From: Bacteroidales bacterium
GTDB taxonomy: Bacteria > Bacteroidota > Bacteroidia > Bacteroidales > UBA12077
Assembly: GCA_013138975.1 (NCBI GenBank)
Contig: WTBR01000027.1
Location: 201-64,200 of the forward strand
DNA length: 64,000 nucleotides
Reading direction: 5' to 3'
The position numbers were made by a program, and so were the translations under genes. Below, piece by piece: positions 37,479-46,223 of this stretch. Each line of letters begins with the position of its first letter. The stretch's first letter is position 1. The notes beneath the pieces are model-generated. The model was not told the DNA's origin. It saw nothing but the letters and a program-made list of their open reading frames with translations, and ran no database searches.

Positions 37479-40400
37479 CTAAAAAGAGAAGTTCGAATCT
37501 GAAAAAGATGAATCACTTACTATCATTTCTGTTGATAGCTTTATATCCTTCAGTAAAATATTTTTATCCTCAATAACCTGATTAAAAATCTTTTCTAAAT
37601 AATTTCCAATCTGCTCTATAAACAATTGCGAATAAGCATTTTTATTATATTTAAAAGATACTACCATTTCATCTTCATCAAATATTCTAATATCCATATC
37701 ATAATTTGTTGGATCAGAAATTTCAATTTTGTCAACTTTAATTTCGTTATTGGCTGAATTGTATAAATTAGTATCAGAAATATCTAATTTCTGATAATTT
37801 TGAAATCCCAAAATATGATCAAAAAGTTTTTCTTCAGAGGATTTCATCTTATTAATTTTATCTAATGGGAAATGGTGATGAATTTCACTTTCTAAAGCTT
37901 TTGACTGAATCTTTTTAATCAATTCAATAAAACTAGATTCTAGTTCTAATTGAATTCTTACTGGAATTGTATTAATAAATAATCCTAAAATTGATTCTAC
38001 TCCACTAATTTCAGAGGATCTACCTGAAACAACTATTCCAAATATAACATCTAATTTATCATTAAGCTTTGAAAGCAATAATCCCCACACTGCATGAAAT
38101 AATGTATTTAGTGTTACTTGAGCATTATTAGAAATCTGTTTTAAAATCGTTGTATTTTGATTTCCAAGAGAAATCTTATAATTCCCTTCATCATAAGCGA
38201 TCAATTCAGGTTCTGTTTTCTTATAATGTGATAGACTAGAGTTTTGTTTAAAGCCATCTAAATATTTACTCCAAAATTGTTCACTTTCGTTACTTTCAAG
38301 TTTATTAATCCATTTAATATAGTTTTTGTATTGTGTTGGATGTTCTAGACTAATTTTTCTACCAAGAGTTAATTGCCCATAAATCTCAGTTAATTCTTTT
38401 ACAATAATTCCAATACACCATCCGTCCATTAAAATATGATGAAAACTCCATACTAACTTATAATTTTGTTCAGCAGTTTTAAAAACATATACTCTCATTA
38501 GAACGTCCTTGCTTAAATCAAATGATTTTTCCTTATCATTCTTCATCAATTTATCGATCAATAATTCTTTCTCATTTTTATCATATATTTCAGTCAAATC
38601 TTGATAATTAAATTCAATTTTTCGTTCTTTTAAAACAACTTGCAAAGGAAGATCAACGTTTTCGTGAACAAATACAGTTCTTAATATATCATGTCTTTCA
38701 ATAATTTTATTAAAACTATTTCTTAGAACTTCGATTTTTAGATCCCCAGAAAGTGGTATCACAGATTGAATATTATATGAAGGAGATGTTTCGTATAATG
38801 AATGAAATAAAATACCTTCTTGTAATGGTGCTAACCTATAAATATCTTCAATATCAAATTTTGCACTTAAGTGATCCAGATCGTGAATGGGTAATCCCTT
38901 ATAAGTTAAATCTGATGGTGTTAATATTTTATCAGGAACATTAATGCAATGACTTATAATATCTTCCAAAGACTTCTGGTAATTATTAAGTAAGCTAAGA
39001 ACAAATTCCTCAGTGTAATATTTCTTCTTATAATTAAGAGAAATTGATAATTTACCACCTGCAAGTATACAAATGACTGAAAAATCCGAATTTGTAGTTC
39101 TATTTAAACTAACTGAATCACCGCTACTTTCATCTGCCATTCTAAACTTAGTCATTTGTGCAACATCTGAGTCAAATTGACCTAAGTAGTTGAACTCAAC
39201 ACCCATTTTATCATCAAACTGCATATCTTCCTTTAATTCTTCTGGCGTTAAGTATTTTAGAATACCATAACCAATCCCTTTTTGAGGCACTTGACGCAAG
39301 CTCTCTTTAACTTGTCTTAATTGTAATGATAGGTTATCTATTTGTCTCACATCAAGCAATACAGGATAAGCAGATGTAAACCAACCAATTGTTCTACTTA
39401 CATCAATATCTGGAAAAATATCTTCGCGACCGTGTCCTTCAAGATAAACAAGTACTTTTTCATTACCAAAAGTTTTTCGAATACTAGAACCTAATCCACA
39501 AAGAAGAATATCATTTATTTCTGTTCCATACGCTTGGTTTGTTTGAGTTATTAACTGAGTAGTTGTTTTCTCATCAAGAGAAAACTGCATGCTCGCTCTT
39601 TCGTTAATTTTTATATTTTCATGATTAAGATCTCGTTTTAACGGTAAAACCTCTTGATTAACAATTTCATTCCAAAATTCTTTTTGTTTTAGAATCTGAT
39701 CACTTTCTGCATATTTTGTTAATTTTTCAGACCAATCTTTAAATGAGTTGTTTTTTAATGGTAATGAAAGTGCTTGTCCTTTTTTTGCTTGTTCGTAAAG
39801 CATTTCTATATCTTCAAATATAATTCTCCATGAAACTCCATCAGTTACAAGATGGTGAATTACAATTAATAATCTATCTCCATCATCTAAGTGAAATAAT
39901 CCTAACTTCATTAGCGGTTCATTTTCTAAATCTATTGATCTTTGAATTTGATTAGCATAAGCTGTTAATTTCTCTTTAGCTTCACTCTCACCTTCAAGAT
40001 TGTATATGTTAAGTGAGATTGGAAAATCTTCTATTCCTTTATTATATAAACTAAAGCTTCCCTTATTTCTTTTACTTACAATTCTTAAAGCATCATGATG
40101 ATCCTGTAGTTTTCTAAATACCTCTTTTAAAATATTCTCATCAATTCTTTCTTCTGAAAACAACATTACGGACTGATTAAAATGGTGCATATCAATTTGA
40201 TTTTCAAAGAAAAAATGCTGTATAGGAGTTGGCTTAATATCACCACTTACATTATCTTGTGAAACTTCCTTTGTTTTCAATTTTACCTTAGTTGCCAAAC
40301 ATGAAATAGTTGGATTTTCAAATATTTCATTAACTCTAATAAGATAACCTTTCTCACTCATTTTTGCTTGTAACTGAATCGCTTTTATTGAATCACAACC

Positions 40401-43400
40401 CAAATTAAAAATATTATTATTAATTCCAATTTTATCAATACCAAGCACAAACGACCACGCTTCTGCTAACTTCTTCTCTATTTCATTTCTTGGAGCAACA
40501 AAATCATCTAATGCAACTTCAGGTTCAGGCAATGAATTCTTATCTACCTTTCCATTAATTGTTACAGGAATATTATCCATTTCAACAAAATATGTTGGAA
40601 CCATATAATCAGGCAACATGCTGCTCAAATGTTTCCTTAAGCTAGCTGCGCTTATTTCTGTAGTACTTTTTACTTCGGTAGCACCTTCTAATTCATGATA
40701 TAATCCTTTATAAAACTCATTACTTTTATGTGATTTAATAAAATGAGACATGTCGCAATTAAAATTAATATTCTCATCATTTTCCCTATGTAATGTTCCT
40801 TTAATTTTATAATCTGAATTTAATTCATTCTCATTAATATTACGAATTATGCTAGCTCTTATATAATCATTTTTAGATACTCTTATACCATCTTGGAAAA
40901 CTGGCACATAAACAGGTAACCAACAATATTCATTCTCAATAATATTTATTATTTCTTCATTTGTAATATGTAAATTTAACCACAATAAAAATCCATTAAT
41001 GTTAGAATCATTTTCAATAACTAAATGAATTTCATGTGATTGATTTACATCAATAATTTTCGTGTAATCAAGATCCTCAAACACATCAACACTTGAAATT
41101 ATTCTTTCTTTAGGGAAATTACGAACACATAATCTGATATCACTTTTATATTCTAAGTAATTGAAAACTTTATTGAAATATTCTTTCGTTTGAGAAGTTA
41201 ATAAATGATCTTCATTCCAATTTACCGGAAATGTGACAGCAGCAATTTTTGTTACACTTCTTTGCGGAATGATTTGTGCATTTTCTTTTATCAGATGACG
41301 TGTTTTATTTAAAATTATAGATGCACCCTCCGATCCTCCAATTGATCCAACGATTTCGGATAAGTGTACATCTGCTTTTTCAGGTAATTCAACCTTTGTT
41401 GCATCACCATGTATAATTATTATTTTATCTTGTAGTCCTAATTTTTCAATTTGTCTTTTTGCTTCTTTATAACTCTTCTCAAGTAATTCTATTGCATATA
41501 CTTTCTTTGCACCAGCCTCAATACAAAATCTAGCGAGAATAGCATCTCTACCTGTTCCAACATCTACGACAATTTTATCTTTAACACATTTCTGAATACC
41601 AATCTGATAACTCTTATTTCTTAACTCATCATTTGTCATTGCATGATAAAGTAATTCATCGTAAATATAATATTCACTAATAGATGGCCATATTTCAATA
41701 TCATTTGTAACATACTTTGTAAAATAAGCGCTTAAATAACTTTGTTTTTGATTGTCTTCCTTAGCTACCACAACAGCTTCTTTAATATATGGAAGTTTCA
41801 ACATTTGATTCTCAATTTCTCCTGTTTCAATTCTAAAGCCTCGTATTTTTACCTGTTGATCAATTCTACCTACCAATTGAATATTTCCATCAGATGACCA
41901 TTTGGCTTGATCTCCCGTTTTATAGAGTATTCCTTTGCCAAATGGATTTTTTATGAATTTTTCTTCTGTTAACTCAACATTATTCAGATATCCTTTGGCC
42001 AATCCTACGCCTCCAATACATAGTTCTCCTGATACACCAATAGGTTGTATATTTCCACTCTTATCAAGTATAAATAGAGATGTATTTGAAATTGGCTTCC
42101 CAATTTTAATAACACTATTGAGTTCCTGATTTCGATACATTGCAGATAGTACAGAACTCTCAGATACTCCGTATTCATTTACTATTTCAATATCTATGTT
42201 CTTTTCTTTAGTTTTTTCTATTGTACCATAATTTAACATATCCCCAGCCAGTGTGACAACCTGCAAGGAACTATTCGTTCCATCAGACATATTTTCAATT
42301 ATTGTATTATAGAGCTGAGGTATGCTAATAAAGTGTGTGACTTGATGTTGCTTTAGTATTGAATTTATATATTCTGGTTCAATAATTTTATTTTTTTCAA
42401 TAAATATTGTTTTCGAACCAGAAATCATAGGTGTAAAGAAGCTTGTAATAAATCCATCGAAGCCAAACGAAAACAATTGAAGAGAAACAGATTTTTCATC
42501 CATTTTATACTCATTTTTTCGGTGTAATAAAGTATTAACTATACTGTTATGATCTACAATCGTTCCTTTTGGGAATCCTGAAGTTCCAGATGTATATATA
42601 CTATAAGCTGTATTTGTAGGTTCTGAATCAATACCAATTTTATTAAAATCTAAAATATCGTCATTCTCAAAATCGAACAAATCATAATATATAGGTTTCA
42701 CATTTTGGTCTCTAATTTTCTTTATATCTTTCCTAAATATTAATCCATTTATTTTTTCTAATTCATCTACATTCGGCAATTGTTTGTTATTTTCAATTAT
42801 TTTCCCAATTAATTCTGAAAAAGTTATTTCCCCTTCACCGTATACAACTACATCAACATTAGAATCTTCAAGTAAAGTATTATAATCACTTGAAGCATAT
42901 GGCCCTCCAGTAATAATTGGTACATTATAACCGAGATTTCGTATAATAGATATTGTTTTATGAAAAAACTCTTTAAAATATGTTAAAGTTCTTATTCCGA
43001 TCACGTCAGGTTTAAACTCATCTAATAATTCTCTGAATTCCTGATAACTATCAAAATCTATCCTAGATTTTAATATTTTACCATTTACTTTTCTTCCAAA
43101 TTCTTTATTTATTTGAGTTAATAAATACACTAAACCTAATGGAGGATCCACAACATCATCAATATTCTTTGAATTGCTAGTAAAAAATTGAGATAAGTCT
43201 AAGAGTAAGACTCTTAAAGCATCCTTATCTTTATCTTTATCTTTATGAATAAATAACTTCGTTTTAATTAACTCATCCAAATTTGGTACTAGATAAGTAT
43301 CATCAGGCAATGGTTGTAGTCCATTCAATTCACTTTCTTCAATATTAAATATATCTAACAAATCACTGAACTTCTTAATTTTGTTCGGTAAATAACTACT

Positions 43401-46223
43401 ATAAACTTGGATAAGTTCTTTTTCAGTAAACGCGGCTAATTGATGAGGGAGAACAGCCAAAAGTCTATCTTTTGACAAAAAATAATTGTTTAAAAAATCT
43501 CCTTGATATTTCTTAGTAAAAACCTTATCGAAAGGTAATGTGTCGGGTAACTCATTATATGCGAATTTTACTGAATTTTCAATATCAATTTTTCTAACGC
43601 CATTTTCTAGTGCTAGTTTTTCCATTTCAGTATTAGGAAAAATCTTTAAGATAAAGATAAATGGAAAATGTAATGTTTTAATACTTTTAATGAAATTAAG
43701 TGTTTTGGTTGCTTCTTCTTCCGTTTCAGAAGGGAATCCATGCATAGTATACAACCTCAAAATTACTTGAGGGTATTTTGATGTAAAATATTTAATATTT
43801 TTATATAACTTATCAATATTAAGATTCTTTTTTATTAATTTCTGGAGTCTTGGAGAAGCTGTTTCAAGTGCAAGAGCAAGACCAACTAAACCAGCTTTGA
43901 CCATTAAATCAATGTAGTCCTCAGTTAAAATATCGCCCCTCAAACCATTCGGAAAGAAAAGTTGAATCTTTAATCCATTTTCTATTATTAAATTAAAAAA
44001 CCTAGTACTATTTTTTATATTTAAATTAAAAATATCATCAATAAAAGAAAATCTTCGAACTCCAATATTGTAATACATTAAGACTTCTTCAAATATATTT
44101 TCTGCTGAACGAATAATATTTTTCTTTGGCCAAATTTTATGACAATAAGTACATTTGTAAGGACATCCTCTTGTTGCAAGAATATTAATTCCGTTATTAA
44201 TCATTCCTAGACCTATGTATTTACTGTATTCATTATTATTAATGAATGATCTATCCGGAAACGGTAAGGAATCTAAGTCAGTTATTTGCTCTCTGTTATT
44301 TGTAATTATTATATCCTCATTCAAACTTTTTTCTTGATATAAACTTGAAGGTATTAAATCGCTTTCAGACAACAAAAAATTCACATTTGCGTCTTTTAAC
44401 ATATATTTTATCCTTTCCTCTGGATAATCAGAATCAATTGGCAAGAAAGCATTTCCTGATTTTAAAACAGCAAATAATGAAATTCCTATTTGTAAGGGAT
44501 TTTCAAGTATTATTGCAATAATTTCATTTTTAATATTTTTTTTACTAATAAGACTAGCTAATCGATCAGATTTAACATTTAATTCTCTATATGTTAGTTT
44601 TTCATTTTTATATAAAAGAGCTTCTCCATCTGGATTTTTCTCTACCTGCTCTTCAAATAATTGATGAATTGTACTTTTTCTAGAATAGTCATTATTAGTA
44701 TTGTTAAAATCAAATAACAACTGTTGTTTTTCTTCATTAGAAATTATTACAATCTCAGAGATTGGTATATCTATTCCACTATTTATTTGATTTATGATAT
44801 TTTTAAAAAATATGATAAAGCGATCAATGGTTTCCTTTTTAAATAATTGAGTGTAATATTCAAAATTTAAGACTAAATAATCATCAAACTCTGATACCGA
44901 CAGAACTAAATCAGCTTTTGACACACTTTCTACATGCGAACCTATATTTTTTAATGTAAATAAATTATCAGGCTGATTATCATTATTATGAAAATTAAAC
45001 CCTATTCCAGAAATGGCATTATTGCTTTCATTTCTTTTTATTGCTACTTTAGTTACTAAATCATCAAGGGGGTATTCTTGATTTGCAAAAGTTTCCAGAG
45101 TATCGTTTTTTATTATTTCAATAAACTCCTTAATAGTTATTTCTGGAGACAAGTTATTTCTAAAGAATATAGTATTAACAAACATTCCTGATATTGAACT
45201 TAGCTGTGCATGTGTTCTACCATTCGTTACTGAACCAATTATAATATCTCTCTTTCCACTAATCTTTGACAAAAAGATGTTGTAAATTGCTAACAAACTC
45301 ATATAAATAGTAGTACCGCATTCTGTAGAAATTTGTCTTATAGAATCGGTTTCTTCCTTATTTAATAAGAAATTAACATTAGCTCCATTATAATTTACTG
45401 TTTTCTTGGTTTCAAAATTATCAGATAAATTAAGAGTGGTCCATTCTTTCGAAAATTTGTTCGTCCAGAATTTTTCTTGTAATTTAATTCGATCCTTTTG
45501 TTCTTTGCAATTTAACCATTCCGAATAATCAATATATCCCAATGGTAACTGTTTCAATTCTTTATTATCAAATAATCTGGTAAATTCACGTTTAACAATA
45601 TTAAGCGAAAAGCTATCACTTATTATATGGTGCATATCAACAAACAATATTTTCTCATTCGAATTACATGTAATTAGTTTAGCTCGAAATAAAGGTGCTT
45701 TGTTTAAATCGAAAGGTTTAATAAATTCAAGTTTTGCCTTCTCAACATCTTCCTTTTGCAAAAAGCTCTCAATAATCTCCAATTTAACGTTCTTGTTAAT
45801 TTTTTGAACAATTTCACCATCAATTATATCAAAACTTGTTTTAAAACTATCGTGTCTCGAAATCAGCTTTTCAAATACTTTTATTACCAATTTAAGATCT
45901 GTATTAAATGGAAGATTTATCGCCTTTGATATATTGTAAGCAATACTTTGTAGATCTTGTTCCTGTGTTAAATACAATCGTTGTTGTGCCGGGGTTATTC
46001 TATAATATTCTTTTTTTTCAGCTTTTTTAATTGTTTTAGACAATGCTTTGTTTTGTCTTTGTTTATTAAGATAACTTATCAATGAATCCCTATTTTCAGA
46101 GATCTCTTTTTTAAGTGCATTATTAAGAACTCCGCTAGGAGCAGTTACATCTATTTTATCATTTTTTATATTCAACTGAATATTCAATTTATTCAATTTA
46201 ATTAAAAGGTTTGAAGTACTCAT
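37479..46223 (-). CDS. NRPS subunit: dock-C-A(Tyr-like code; doubly interrupted by radical SAM/B12-like unit and PRMT-like methyltransferase)-T-E-C(DCL)
   Basis: 2914-aa ORF whose ATG overlaps the upstream TGA (ATGA at 46220-46223). C1 MHHIISDSFS (HH 45627-45632). a2 AVLKSGNAFLPID (44433-44471). Radical SAM motif CPYKCTYC (44142-44165). a3 TAYSIYTSGTSGFPKGT (42561-42611). a5 NEYGVSE. a8 GRIDQQVKIRGFRIETGEIE (~41811-41870). MT motif VVDVGTGRDAILA (41533-41570). a9/a10 LPDYMVP...INGKVDK (~40540-40616). T FNLGCDSIKA (Ser 40389-40391). E IVIHHLVTDGVSWRI (HH 39852-39857). C2 SFHHILMDGWC (HH 38436-38441). The protein ends ...SDSNFSF. Confidence 0.92.
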   Translation of the reverse strand: MSTSNLLIKLNKLNIQLNIKNDKIDVTAPSGVLNNALKKEISENRDSLISYLNKQRQNKALSKTIKKAEKKEYYRITPAQQRLYLTQEQDLQSIAYNISKAINLPFNTDLKLVIKVFEKLISRHDSFKTSFDIIDGEIVQKINKNVKLEIIESFLQKEDVEKAKLEFIKPFDLNKAPLFRAKLITCNSNEKILFVDMHHIISDSFSLNIVKREFTRLFDNKELKQLPLGYIDYSEWLNCKEQKDRIKLQEKFWTNKFSKEWTTLNLSDNFETKKTVNYNGANVNFLLNKEETDSIRQISTECGTTIYMSLLAIYNIFLSKISGKRDIIIGSVTNGRTHAQLSSISGMFVNTIFFRNNLSPEITIKEFIEIIKNDTLETFANQEYPLDDLVTKVAIKRNESNNAISGIGFNFHNNDNQPDNLFTLKNIGSHVESVSKADLVLSVSEFDDYLVLNFEYYTQLFKKETIDRFIIFFKNIINQINSGIDIPISEIVIISNEEKQQLLFDFNNTNNDYSRKSTIHQLFEEQVEKNPDGEALLYKNEKLTYRELNVKSDRLASLISKKNIKNEIIAIILENPLQIGISLFAVLKSGNAFLPIDSDYPEERIKYMLKDANVNFLLSESDLIPSSLYQEKSLNEDIIITNNREQITDLDSLPFPDRSFINNNEYSKYIGLGMINNGINILATRGCPYKCTYCHKIWPKKNIIRSAENIFEEVLMYYNIGVRRFSFIDDIFNLNIKNSTRFFNLIIENGLKIQLFFPNGLRGDILTEDYIDLMVKAGLVGLALALETASPRLQKLIKKNLNIDKLYKNIKYFTSKYPQVILRLYTMHGFPSETEEEATKTLNFIKSIKTLHFPFIFILKIFPNTEMEKLALENGVRKIDIENSVKFAYNELPDTLPFDKVFTKKYQGDFLNNYFLSKDRLLAVLPHQLAAFTEKELIQVYSSYLPNKIKKFSDLLDIFNIEESELNGLQPLPDDTYLVPNLDELIKTKLFIHKDKDKDKDALRVLLLDLSQFFTSNSKNIDDVVDPPLGLVYLLTQINKEFGRKVNGKILKSRIDFDSYQEFRELLDEFKPDVIGIRTLTYFKEFFHKTISIIRNLGYNVPIITGGPYASSDYNTLLEDSNVDVVVYGEGEITFSELIGKIIENNKQLPNVDELEKINGLIFRKDIKKIRDQNVKPIYYDLFDFENDDILDFNKIGIDSEPTNTAYSIYTSGTSGFPKGTIVDHNSIVNTLLHRKNEYKMDEKSVSLQLFSFGFDGFITSFFTPMISGSKTIFIEKNKIIEPEYINSILKQHQVTHFISIPQLYNTIIENMSDGTNSSLQVVTLAGDMLNYGTIEKTKEKNIDIEIVNEYGVSESSVLSAMYRNQELNSVIKIGKPISNTSLFILDKSGNIQPIGVSGELCIGGVGLAKGYLNNVELTEEKFIKNPFGKGILYKTGDQAKWSSDGNIQLVGRIDQQVKIRGFRIETGEIENQMLKLPYIKEAVVVAKEDNQKQSYLSAYFTKYVTNDIEIWPSISEYYIYDELLYHAMTNDELRNKSYQIGIQKCVKDKIVVDVGTGRDAILARFCIEAGAKKVYAIELLEKSYKEAKRQIEKLGLQDKIIIIHGDATKVELPEKADVHLSEIVGSIGGSEGASIILNKTRHLIKENAQIIPQRSVTKIAAVTFPVNWNEDHLLTSQTKEYFNKVFNYLEYKSDIRLCVRNFPKERIISSVDVFEDLDYTKIIDVNQSHEIHLVIENDSNINGFLLWLNLHITNEEIINIIENEYCWLPVYVPVFQDGIRVSKNDYIRASIIRNINENELNSDYKIKGTLHRENDENINFNCDMSHFIKSHKSNEFYKGLYHELEGATEVKSTTEISAASLRKHLSSMLPDYMVPTYFVEMDNIPVTINGKVDKNSLPEPEVALDDFVAPRNEIEKKLAEAWSFVLGIDKIGINNNIFNLGCDSIKAIQLQAKMSEKGYLIRVNEIFENPTISCLATKVKLKTKEVSQDNVSGDIKPTPIQHFFFENQIDMHHFNQSVMLFSEERIDENILKEVFRKLQDHHDALRIVSKRNKGSFSLYNKGIEDFPISLNIYNLEGESEAKEKLTAYANQIQRSIDLENEPLMKLGLFHLDDGDRLLIVIHHLVTDGVSWRIIFEDIEMLYEQAKKGQALSLPLKNNSFKDWSEKLTKYAESDQILKQKEFWNEIVNQEVLPLKRDLNHENIKINERASMQFSLDEKTTTQLITQTNQAYGTEINDILLCGLGSSIRKTFGNEKVLVYLEGHGREDIFPDIDVSRTIGWFTSAYPVLLDVRQIDNLSLQLRQVKESLRQVPQKGIGYGILKYLTPEELKEDMQFDDKMGVEFNYLGQFDSDVAQMTKFRMADESSGDSVSLNRTTNSDFSVICILAGGKLSISLNYKKKYYTEEFVLSLLNNYQKSLEDIISHCINVPDKILTPSDLTYKGLPIHDLDHLSAKFDIEDIYRLAPLQEGILFHSLYETSPSYNIQSVIPLSGDLKIEVLRNSFNKIIERHDILRTVFVHENVDLPLQVVLKERKIEFNYQDLTEIYDKNEKELLIDKLMKNDKEKSFDLSKDVLMRVYVFKTAEQNYKLVWSFHHILMDGWCIGIIVKELTEIYGQLTLGRKISLEHPTQYKNYIKWINKLESNESEQFWSKYLDGFKQNSSLSHYKKTEPELIAYDEGNYKISLGNQNTTILKQISNNAQVTLNTLFHAVWGLLLSKLNDKLDVIFGIVVSGRSSEISGVESILGLFINTIPVRIQLELESSFIELIKKIQSKALESEIHHHFPLDKINKMKSSEEKLFDHILGFQNYQKLDISDTNLYNSANNEIKVDKIEISDPTNYDMDIRIFDEDEMVVSFKYNKNAYSQLFIEQIGNYLEKIFNQVIEDKNILLKDIKLSTEMIVSDSSFSDSNFSF
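40674..41714 (-). other. Embedded PRMT-like (protein arginine methyltransferase fold) SAM methyltransferase in the a8-a9 loop
   Basis: EYYIYDELLYHAMTNDELRNKSYQIGIQKCVKDKIVVDVGTGRDAILARFCIEAGAKKVYAIE...IIIIHGDATKVELPEKADVHLSEIVGSIGGSEG parallels PRMT1 (YF.SY...IHEEMLKD.VRT..Y...I......KVVLDVGSGTGIL..FAAKAGA.KV.GIE...V..I.GK.EEVELP..KVDIIISEWMGY.L.YESM). A beta-barrel-like C-terminal part follows. The a8-to-a9 spacing is ~418 aa, against ~72 aa in an uninterrupted domain of this window. Confidence 0.7.
42774..43220 (-). other. B12-binding-like Rossmann domain embedded in the A domain (C-terminal to the radical SAM core)
   Basis: ALRVLLLDLSQ...VDPPLGLVYLLTQINKEFG...FKPDVIGIRTLTYF...NVPIITGGPYASSDY...VDVVVYGEGEITFSELIGK follows the pattern of the N-terminal domains of the two stand-alone radical SAM proteins (PP.G...L; PDV.GI; .GG; .GEGE..F..L). 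Confidence 0.6.
43524..44246 (-). other. Radical SAM core embedded in the A domain (a2-a3 loop)
   Basis: ILATRGCPYKCTYCHKIW, with Cys687/691/694 at 44142-44165. Downstream elements match a radical SAM TIM barrel: FIDDIFNLN, GLVGLALALETASPRLQKLIKKN (the GxxxxxxGxES element) and LYTMHGFPSETEEE. Confidence 0.8.
46056..46223 (-). other. TubC-type N-terminal docking region
   Basis: MSTSNLLIKLNKLNIQLNIKNDKIDVTAPSGVLNNALKKEISENRDSLISYLNK. The upstream subunit ends ...DTNIENFEL. Confidence 0.6.

Noticed and set aside
43221-43246. Hexanucleotide tandem repeat (ctttat-type) encoding KDKDKDKD between the embedded radical SAM core and the B12-like region, considered as a slipped-strand phase-variation tract
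   Set aside because: There are only about four units, and changes of whole units would stay in frame. A flexible charged interdomain linker is the simpler explanation.
25913-45632. Variant core motifs HHIITDAVS (C3 of the 2557-aa subunit, 25913-25918), HHIISDSFS (C1 of the 2914-aa subunit, 45627-45632) and T-domain LGCDS (40389-40391), considered as signs of inactive domains
   Set aside because: The catalytic second His, the Asp and the phosphopantetheinyl Ser are all retained. Only the trailing Gly, or the Gly preceding the Ser, is changed, which is commonly tolerated.
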